Assembly: GCA_947165475.1 (NCBI GenBank)
Contig: CAMVAN010000002.1
Span: forward strand, 1-52,056
DNA length: 52,056 nt
Origin: an uncultured Bacillales bacterium
Lineage (GTDB): Bacteria > Bacillota_I > Bacilli_A > RF39 > UBA660
Reading direction: 5' to 3'
Of the stretch, positions 36,482-43,861 are shown one piece after another; the stretch's first letter is position 1, and the number at the start of each line of letters is the position of its first letter. The notes beneath the pieces were generated by a model that searched no databases, was not told the DNA's origin, and worked only from the letters and a program-made list of their open reading frames with translations. The translations under genes were made by a program, and so were the position numbers.

Positions 36482-37468
36482 ATGTTTTTAGAAATTTCAA
36501 ATACTTGTAGTAATTCAATGCTATTTACATTTTTATCTATTGTTAAAACTTTTTTTAATGTTTTACATATAATCGTACCATTACTACTTATAATATCTCT
36601 TACTATTTCTCTTACTAAATTAGTTCAAGATCCTGATGAGAAAAAGGCTCCTAAAAAAATATTAAATTCTGTTTTAGCTGCTGTTATTGTTTTTTTTCTT
36701 CCTACTATGATTAATGTTGTTATTAATTTGGTAGCAGGTGAAGGTGATTTTAGTAGTTGTTGGGAAAATGCATCTATTCGTTCTAATTTATCTCATAAAT
36801 ATCAAGAGATAAATGGTAATAATAAACAAAGTATTAATATTAATGGTTATGAGCCTGGAAATAATAATGGTAATAGTTCCGGAAGCAATACTACTTCTAC
36901 TGTAAATGGAGTTACTCTTCCTTTTGATTTAGAACATGCTATTAAGGTTGGTGAAAGTATTCATACTTCTCGGAATGGTAATTTAAAATGGCAAGGCAAA
37001 ACTATTCATACTGTTGGTGGAACAATTGGAGCTTATGAAGAAGTTATTAATATTTTTAATGGAACAGACTATCATATTTATGAGATATATGATATTTTAG
37101 TAAAAGCTCATCCAAATTTAGTTTATAAACATATTGAACCTTATGAATGCGAGGATATTAATAACAAGTTTGGGTTTACAAAATCTAGAGCTTCTGCTAA
37201 TATCAATGAAGTAGATAAAGCTCTTAATCAAGGAAAGTTAGTTCAATTAATGGTTGGTACTAATAAATGGAGAAATGATAAAGGTAAATTAGTTAATTGG
37301 CCTGGTGGTCATACAGGATTAATATTCTATTTTGATGGTAAGTATTATCATATGAAAGCTGCTGGTAAAATCAATCAAAAAAATGCTATTTATACTAGAC
37401 AACAATTAATTGATTGGATTGGTAATACTAGAAAAAGATTGGTAATATATACAAAAAATAAGCAATGA
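36482..37468 (+). CDS. Paralog family member A1: two-Cys membrane hairpin, N/G/S-rich linker and an unrecognised conserved C-terminal domain
   Basis: 328 aa, collinear with 38411-39379 over its full length and with 41405-41812 over the first ~125 aa. Conserved C9 and C93 flank TM1, the loop DPDEKKAPKK and TM2. The C-domain has FDLEHAIKV, IGAY, NGTDY, KWRNDKG and HTGLIFYFDG..YHMK. Confidence 0.75.
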   Translation: MFLEISNTCSNSMLFTFLSIVKTFFNVLHIIVPLLLIISLTISLTKLVQDPDEKKAPKKILNSVLAAVIVFFLPTMINVVINLVAGEGDFSSCWENASIRSNLSHKYQEINGNNKQSININGYEPGNNNGNSSGSNTTSTVNGVTLPFDLEHAIKVGESIHTSRNGNLKWQGKTIHTVGGTIGAYEEVINIFNGTDYHIYEIYDILVKAHPNLVYKHIEPYECEDINNKFGFTKSRASANINEVDKALNQGKLVQLMVGTNKWRNDKGKLVNWPGGHTGLIFYFDGKYYHMKAAGKINQKNAIYTRQQLIDWIGNTRKRLVIYTKNKQ

Positions 37469-37470
37469 AA

Positions 37471-37680
37471 TTATTGATATTTTTCCATCGCTTTCATCAT
37501 TTGATTTATCTGTTTTTGATTTGGTTTTCTTCCCATTTGCATCATAAGAGCTTTTATCATATCTTCATTAATTGGAGGATTCTTTTTTAAATAACTTTTC
37601 ATAAATGTTCTTGCTCCAAAAAAACCAATAACTGCTCCTATTACTATACCTACAATTAATATTAATATGTCATGTAACAT
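37471..37680 (-). CDS. yneF: UPF0154/YneF family small membrane protein
   Basis: [53 protein letters not shown] is the family hallmark. The ATG at 37680 follows GAGGAGGGA. Confidence 0.85.
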   Translation of the reverse strand: MLHDILILIVGIVIGAVIGFFGARTFMKSYLKKNPPINEDMIKALMMQMGRKPNQKQINQMMKAMEKYQ

Positions 37681-37720
37681 AATTTCCCTCCTCTTAAATA
37701 TTTTACATAAAATTATGCTT

Positions 37721-38149
37721 TTAGACAAGTGATTTTCTACAATAATCATCTAAAAAGAAAAAATCTGTTTTTTGAAAAGAACATGCAAATAAATTTGGAT
37801 TTTCTTTTAATAATTCAAAAAATGTTGAAAAGTTCTGTTCACATTCTATCTTCATAAAATAATGATTAATTATTAATCTACTTATTTCATTTCTATATAG
37901 ATTATTGATAATATGAATATCATTTCTTTTGGAATATGGGATTGATTGATGGTATTTTATAAATAAGTTTTTATCTAATTCTTTTTTATTAAAAGGGGAT
38001 ACTAATTGTCTAAATAAATGGTACCCATAATCTACTTCTGTTTTATCTAAATAGTATATGTTTTTTAACATTAGAAATAAAGTACTTGGACTATCTTTAT
38101 ATAGAGAAACAAATTCGTCTTTTAATTGAAAAATATAATATACTTTCAT
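37721..38149 (-). CDS. sirA: SirA (YneE)-like protein, a possible sporulation inhibitor of replication
   Basis: About 140 aa. The N-terminus [14 protein letters not shown] and the C-terminal [16 protein letters not shown] resemble B. subtilis SirA as I remember it. The position directly upstream of yneF and near tkt mirrors the Bacillus tkt-yneE-yneF arrangement. Confidence 0.5.
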   Translation of the reverse strand: MKVYYIFQLKDEFVSLYKDSPSTLFLMLKNIYYLDKTEVDYGYHLFRQLVSPFNKKELDKNLFIKYHQSIPYSKRNDIHIINNLYRNEISRLIINHYFMKIECEQNFSTFFELLKENPNLFACSFQKTDFFFLDDYCRKSLV

Positions 38150-38410
38150 TTTATCACCATTTATAATATATCATTTATAATTGTCAAATATTGTTGATTT
38201 AGGAGGATTTTTATGAAATGTAAATATTATAATATTATAATTAATAAGAGTAAGTAGTGCCCAAATTGTGATAAAGTTACTGACCAAGGTAAAAACTATT
38301 TGGCTTTGGCATCTATTTTATCTTTAGTTTTTAGAAATTCTTACTGTTATTTTATTTATATATTTAATTATTAATGGAAATTTCTAATAATTATTATAGG
38401 AGGTTTTAAA

Positions 38411-39379
38411 ATGATATTAGATATTAGTAATACTTGTAATAATTCCATTCTCTTTACTTTTTTATCTATTGTAAAAACAATTTTAAATTTATTGCATATA
38501 GTTGTCCCATTATTGCTTATATTGTCTCTTACTATTACACTTACTAAGTTGGCTCAAAATCCTGATGAGAAAAAAGCACCTAAGAAGATTATTAATAGTC
38601 TTATAGCGACAGTAATTATTTTCTTTCTTCCAACTATTATAAATGTAGTTATTGATTTAGTTGCTGGAGAAAGTGATTTTAGTAATTGTTGGGAAAATGC
38701 TTCTATTCATTCTAATTTATCACATAATTATCAGGAAATTAATGGTACTAACAAACAAAAAATTAATACTAGTGGTTATGAGCCTGGTAATAAGCAAGTT
38801 AATGATGGTGGTAATCAAACTTCATCTAATGGTTCTTTTGATTTGGAACATGCTATTAAGGTTACTTCTGATCCTCATAATAGTAAACATGAGAATCTTC
38901 CATGGCATGGGTCAACAGTCGGCAAACATGCTGGAATGATTGGTGCTTACGTTGAAGCTATTAATATATTAAATGGAACGGATTATACTTTGCTTGAAAT
39001 TTATAATAAGATTATTTCATTGCATCCTGAACAAAAATCCAAAAATGTACCTGTATATGAGAATGATGATGTTAATAAACTATATAATATCAAGGTGGAA
39101 CGGGCCTCTCCTAATATGAATGAAATTAAAAAGGCTCTTTCTGAAGGAAAGCTTGTTGCTGAAATTGTTGATACTACTAAATGGAGAAATGATAAAGGCA
39201 ATTTATTTGGCAAAACTGGTAGACACACTGGACTTATTTTCTATTTTGACGGAACTCATTATCATATGAAGACTTCTGTTCAGCCTAATGGAATCTATAC
39301 GGAGTCTCAATTAAGCGACTGGTTAGGCAATGCATCTACTAAACTTGTAATATATTCTTATTGCAATAACTGTAATTAA
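38411..39379 (+). CDS. Paralog family member A2 (same architecture as A1)
   Basis: 322 aa. AGGAGG RBS at 38398-38403. The N-terminal 125 aa are close to identical in pattern to A1 (…ISNTCNNSILFTFLSIVKT…DPDEKKAPKK…SNCWENAS…YQEING…GYEPGN). The C-domain is conserved with A1. Confidence 0.75.
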   Translation: MILDISNTCNNSILFTFLSIVKTILNLLHIVVPLLLILSLTITLTKLAQNPDEKKAPKKIINSLIATVIIFFLPTIINVVIDLVAGESDFSNCWENASIHSNLSHNYQEINGTNKQKINTSGYEPGNKQVNDGGNQTSSNGSFDLEHAIKVTSDPHNSKHENLPWHGSTVGKHAGMIGAYVEAINILNGTDYTLLEIYNKIISLHPEQKSKNVPVYENDDVNKLYNIKVERASPNMNEIKKALSEGKLVAEIVDTTKWRNDKGNLFGKTGRHTGLIFYFDGTHYHMKTSVQPNGIYTESQLSDWLGNASTKLVIYSYCNNCN

Positions 39380-39418
39380 TAGATTTAGGATTGTTTTCTA
39401 TAAGGATTATAATCTTTT

Positions 39419-40291
39419 TTATTTTATATATAAATTAATTTTATTGTCCTTATATGATTTATATATTTTATTCCATATTTCACTTTCTACATATCTTGCT
39501 TTTTTGGGATGCATTAAATATCGTACAGTTAATTCTATATAATTATCTACAATTCTAGTGTAAATAACTGGATCAAATTTATTATAATAAATTCTATTTG
39601 TTGAATTAATATAGTTTATTTGATTTTTCATTTTAGGTGGAATATTTTTTATTATTTCATTGTTATTAATTATCTTATATATTTCCTTTTTATTTTTTTG
39701 TAAATCACCTTTTAAATCTATTTTTATTATTATTTCATCCCATATATATTTAAATCCTTTTGTTATATTTTTTATAGGTTTTGTTAATACAATTGATGAT
39801 GGGAATGTTACAATTATTCCAGTTGATTGACCATGGAGTTCATTTGCTGATACTTCTACTATTTCAAATGATAATGCAAAAATATTGGTAACGTCTCCTT
39901 TAATTCCATCTATTTCTATTCTATCTTCTACCTTAAATGGTTTTTTTATGTTTATATATAGCCCACAAAAAAAGTTTAGGATTAATTCTCTTAATGCAAT
40001 TGTCATTGCTGCTGTAATAACACTGATTAAAGTCATTAAATTTTTTATAAAATTATTCCATATTATAATAAAAGATAAACATTCTAATATATTTAATAAT
40101 ATCTGTAAAGTATGATTTATAAAGTATTCTTTTCTACCCTCCATTTTTTTATAAATTATATGATGAATTAGTTTTCTTAAAATGCCATAAAATATAAATA
40201 TAAAGGTAGATTCTAATAATAATGATAATAAATTATAATTTGTTGTACTAATAATATTTATTTTTTTTATTATCTCATTAAATATTTGCAT
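39419..40291 (-). CDS. Small-conductance mechanosensitive channel (MscS family)
   Basis: 3 N-terminal TMs followed by the MscS core …FFCGLYINIKKPFKVEDRIEIDGIKGDVTNI…. Confidence 0.75.
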   Translation of the reverse strand: MQIFNEIIKKINIISTTNYNLLSLLLESTFIFIFYGILRKLIHHIIYKKMEGRKEYFINHTLQILLNILECLSFIIIWNNFIKNLMTLISVITAAMTIALRELILNFFCGLYINIKKPFKVEDRIEIDGIKGDVTNIFALSFEIVEVSANELHGQSTGIIVTFPSSIVLTKPIKNITKGFKYIWDEIIIKIDLKGDLQKNKKEIYKIINNNEIIKNIPPKMKNQINYINSTNRIYYNKFDPVIYTRIVDNYIELTVRYLMHPKKARYVESEIWNKIYKSYKDNKINLYIK

Positions 40292-40411
40292 CTAGTTTCA
40301 CCCCGCGAAAGATGATTATATCATATATTATTCTTTTTTATTAACAAATTATTCTTACTTTACATAATTTTACAAAAAAAGCATAGATTTCTCTATACTT
40401 TTTTATAATTA

Positions 40412-40867
40412 TTATTTTTTATATGTTTTTTGTATATCGTCATAATCTATTATTCTATTTGAACCAAATCCATCTGAATCTATATGAAGCATCTCATAAA
40501 CATATTGTTTGGCTTTATCGTGAGCGTTTCCATATTCATCTGTATAAAAAGGTCTAACTACATTTGATTTTGAAATTGGAAATGTTTCACCATTTATATC
40601 AATAATATATTGGTTAGCTTTATTTGCACAATTATCACAATCATATATAATATAATTACCATTATCTAGTACTAATAGTACTGTTGATTCATTATTTTCA
40701 TCTGAATAATTTTTTGTTTCTAAGTTCAATGTGTTTTCTTCATTTACAGTTTGTTCATTATCTTGATTATTTGCATTTTGCCCAGCACATCCTGGTAATA
40801 ATGTTGTTGTTCCAATCATTGATGCTAGTATTAAATAGTTTTTAAATTTTATTAATTTATTTTTCAT
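40412..40867 (-). CDS. Lipoprotein of unknown function
   Basis: The ATG at 40867 follows AGAGAGGGAAA. Signal peptide with lipobox: MKNKLIKFKNYLILASMIGTTTLLPG|C. Confidence 0.7.
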   Translation of the reverse strand: MKNKLIKFKNYLILASMIGTTTLLPGCAGQNANNQDNEQTVNEENTLNLETKNYSDENNESTVLLVLDNGNYIIYDCDNCANKANQYIIDINGETFPISKSNVVRPFYTDEYGNAHDKAKQYVYEMLHIDSDGFGSNRIIDYDDIQKTYKK

Positions 40868-40883
40868 ATTTATTTCCCTCTCT

Positions 40884-41258
40884 TTAATTACATTTATTTT
40901 TTGTGAACTCTTTATTATTAGGCTTTTCTTTAGATTCTTCGTTTTTATTTTCTTCATCGATTATTTTTAGCAAATCGTTTAATGAGTTAATGTCATAATA
41001 CTCATGCGTAACAGCATTGAATCCTGCAATTTTTTTGCCTTGTTTCTTTTCATCTTTTATAGATAATATATAAATAGTTGTTTTATTTACATTTAGTGTT
41101 GCTATCACATCACCTTCAAGTAATTGTTGTTTTATTAGATTAAATAATCTTTGGTTTTTGAGAACTATTATTTTGGGTTTTCTATCTGTTTCATAGCTAT
41201 TTTCCCATGTTTCATAAGTACTTCCGTAATTATTATATTTGTTGTTTTCTCCATACAT
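40884..41258 (-). CDS. Hypothetical 124-aa protein
   Basis: ORF with an N/Y-rich N-terminus and a K/E-rich tail, directly upstream of the lipoprotein gene. No motif recognised. Confidence 0.4.
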   Translation of the reverse strand: MYGENNKYNNYGSTYETWENSYETDRKPKIIVLKNQRLFNLIKQQLLEGDVIATLNVNKTTIYILSIKDEKKQGKKIAGFNAVTHEYYDINSLNDLLKIIDEENKNEESKEKPNNKEFTKNKCN

Positions 41259-41404
41259 ATTTTTATCTCCTTATGACATTTTATTCTAGCATTATCGAAA
41301 TTTTTTGTAAATAGTTTTTTCTTTTTTGTTTAATTATATGTATTTTTAATTAATTGTTGTTTTAAAATATTATTAATGTTAAAATACTTTTTGAGGTTTT
41401 TATT

Positions 41405-41812
41405 ATGATTATAAATATTACAAGTACATGTTCAGATTCTATTTTAATACCATTTTTATCTATATTAAAAAATTTTTTAAATATTATTCACATTGTTGTA
41501 CCTTTATTATTAATATTATCTGTTACATTAACTATTACAAAACTTATGCAAGATCCTGATGATAAGAAAGCTCCTAAAAAAATTATAAATAGTGTTATTG
41601 CTATTGTGATAATCTTCTTTTTACCGGTTTTTTTAGACATTGTTATTAATTTAACTGGAGAAGATGAAAGTATTTCAAATTGCTTTAATCTAAATCAATC
41701 TCAAGACAGGATATCTTCATCTTATCAAGAAATTAATGAAGGTGAAAAGAAAAAAATTGTTAGTGGGTCTTATGAAGATGGAAATCAAGAGAGTGATATT
41801 AATTCCAAATAA
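41405..41812 (+). CDS. Paralog family member A3: truncated form with the membrane hairpin and linker only
   Basis: 135 aa. It keeps C9, TM1, DPDDKKAPKK, TM2, C93 and the YQEIN linker but stops before the C-domain. The 5' UTR (TTAATGTT…TGAGGTTTTTATTATG) is homologous to that of A1. Confidence 0.7.
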   Translation: MIINITSTCSDSILIPFLSILKNFLNIIHIVVPLLLILSVTLTITKLMQDPDDKKAPKKIINSVIAIVIIFFLPVFLDIVINLTGEDESISNCFNLNQSQDRISSSYQEINEGEKKKIVSGSYEDGNQESDINSK

Positions 41813-41839
41813 AAAGAAAATGAAATTCATTTTCTTTTT
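41812..41839. terminator. Bidirectional hairpin terminator between A3 and tkt
   Basis: GAAAATGA(41816-41823)/TCATTTTC(41827-41834), flanked by an A-run on the left and a T-run on the right. Confidence 0.6.
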
Positions 41840-43817
41840 ATTTTAGTAAATTTTCAATTCTTTCTTCTAAACTGTCTACATCAAATCCAAATTTTTTGTA
41901 TATATCCTCTTTTTTGCCACTTGCACCAAACTCATCTAAGCATATTAAATATTTTGTATTATAGATTAATTGGTTCCATGAAAGAGATGATGCAGCTTCT
42001 ACCACAATTTTTCTTACTTCTACTGGTAATATATTTTCTCTATATTCAAAGTCTTGTTTTAAGAATCTTCCCAAGTTTGGCATAGATACTACTCTAATTT
42101 CTATTCCTTTTGTTTTTAAGCGTTTTGCAACTTCTAACACAAGATGTAATTCTTCTCCACAAGTCATTATAATAGCATCTGGCTTTTTCATAGTATCTAA
42201 GACTATGTATCCACCTTTTTCTACTTCATTTACTTTTGTTTCTTCTAATATTGGAGTTTTATTTCTTGATAAGCTTATTGCTGAAGGACCTTGTTCTTTA
42301 GCAAAAATAGCTTTGTATGCTCCAATTACTTCATTAGCATCTGCTGGACGAAATACATCTAATCCTGGTATACTTCTTAACATTAATAATTGTTCAACCG
42401 GTTGATGAGTTGGGCCGTCTTCCCCTACACTTATTGAATCATGGGTAAAAATATATATGCCAGATAAGTTCATCATACATGAAAGACGAAGTGATGGCTT
42501 TAAATAATCACTGAATGATAAGAAAGTTGACCCATATGAACGAAAACCACATAAGCTTAAACCATTCATAATTGCTGCCATTGCATTTTCTCTTACTCCA
42601 AAAAATATGTTTTTTCCTAAATAATTAGTACATGAGAAGTCTCCACCATCTTTTATATATGTTTTATTTGATGCAAATAAGTCAGCACTTCCTCCTATCA
42701 TGAAAGGGGTATTTTTTACTACGGAATTAAGTATTTTTGATGAAGAGTCTCTTGTTGACTCTAACTTTTCATCTGGAGTTTCATAATATAAATTATTTGT
42801 TGAGATTGACTTATTACTTCCTCTGAAGAAGTCTAGTTCTTTTTGAATGCTTTCATCTTGAGACTCTAAATTCTTTATGAATTTTTCTTGAAGACTTCCA
42901 CATCTGTTATTAATTATATAAGAAAAATCTTCTAAAACATTTTTACTTATTGCAAACGGAATATCTCTTATTCCTAGTTTTTCTTTTATTTTTGATATAT
43001 CTTCTTCCTCTAGTGGGGTACCATGCACTTTATTTGTTCCTTCATTTATAGAGTGTTTTCCTATTGTTGTTTTTACTTCTATTATTGTTGGTTTTTCAAT
43101 ACTGTTTTTTGCTTCTTCTATTGCTTTATCGATTGATTCATAGTTGTCACCATTTTCGACAATTATAACATTCCAGCCCATTGATTGAAATCTCATTGGT
43201 ATATTGTCTGTAAATATGTTTTCTGTTTTCCCATCTAAACATATTTTATTAGAATCATACAATACAATTAAATTATTTAATTTATATGTTCCCGCCAATG
43301 ATGCAGCTTCATAACTAATTCCTTCCATTAGGTCTCCGTCACTGCATAATACATACGTTTTAAAATTAATTAAATCTTTATATCTTTCTCTTAAATTTGC
43401 TTCTGCCATAGCCATCCCTACCGCTGTCGCAAATCCTTCTCCTAGTGGGCCAGTTGTACAATCAACTCCAGGTGTTAGCCCATATTCAGGATGACCGGGA
43501 GTAATTGAATCAATCTGCCTGAACTTTTTCAAATCTTCTAAATCTATGGGAAATCCAGCTAAATATAGAGTAGCATATAATAAAGCGGAACCATGCCCTG
43601 AACTCATAACGAAACGATCTCTATTAAAATAGTTAGGATATTTTGGATCTATATTTAAATGATGAGCATATAAACTGTACATTATTGGAGCAGCTCCTAA
43701 CGATATTCCAGGATGTCCACTATTTGCCTCATGAATCATGTCGATAGATAATGTTCTAATTGTATCTACTATTTTTTGCTCATTTATTTCATCCAAAGTT
43801 TCTATTTCGTTTACCAC
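41838..43817 (-). CDS. tkt: Transketolase
   Basis: SGHPGISLG, GDGDLMEG (ThDP motif), PTHQP and other canonical blocks. 659 aa. Confidence 0.95.
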   Translation of the reverse strand: MVNEIETLDEINEQKIVDTIRTLSIDMIHEANSGHPGISLGAAPIMYSLYAHHLNIDPKYPNYFNRDRFVMSSGHGSALLYATLYLAGFPIDLEDLKKFRQIDSITPGHPEYGLTPGVDCTTGPLGEGFATAVGMAMAEANLRERYKDLINFKTYVLCSDGDLMEGISYEAASLAGTYKLNNLIVLYDSNKICLDGKTENIFTDNIPMRFQSMGWNVIIVENGDNYESIDKAIEEAKNSIEKPTIIEVKTTIGKHSINEGTNKVHGTPLEEEDISKIKEKLGIRDIPFAISKNVLEDFSYIINNRCGSLQEKFIKNLESQDESIQKELDFFRGSNKSISTNNLYYETPDEKLESTRDSSSKILNSVVKNTPFMIGGSADLFASNKTYIKDGGDFSCTNYLGKNIFFGVRENAMAAIMNGLSLCGFRSYGSTFLSFSDYLKPSLRLSCMMNLSGIYIFTHDSISVGEDGPTHQPVEQLLMLRSIPGLDVFRPADANEVIGAYKAIFAKEQGPSAISLSRNKTPILEETKVNEVEKGGYIVLDTMKKPDAIIMTCGEELHLVLEVAKRLKTKGIEIRVVSMPNLGRFLKQDFEYRENILPVEVRKIVVEAASSLSWNQLIYNTKYLICLDEFGASGKKEDIYKKFGFDVDSLEERIENLLK

Positions 43818-43861
43818 TAATATTCCTCCTTCATTTGTATATGTTATTATATCATGTTTCT

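Noticed and set aside
38661-39228. Alternative-frame ORFs (92 aa plus strand, 75 aa minus strand) inside paralog A2
   Set aside because: The A2 frame is validated by collinearity with A1. The alternative frames are not conserved in A1.
39380-39418. Palindrome GATTATAATC in the gap between A2 and the MscS gene, considered as a terminator
   Set aside because: It has no loop and an AT-only stem, which is expected by chance in this composition.
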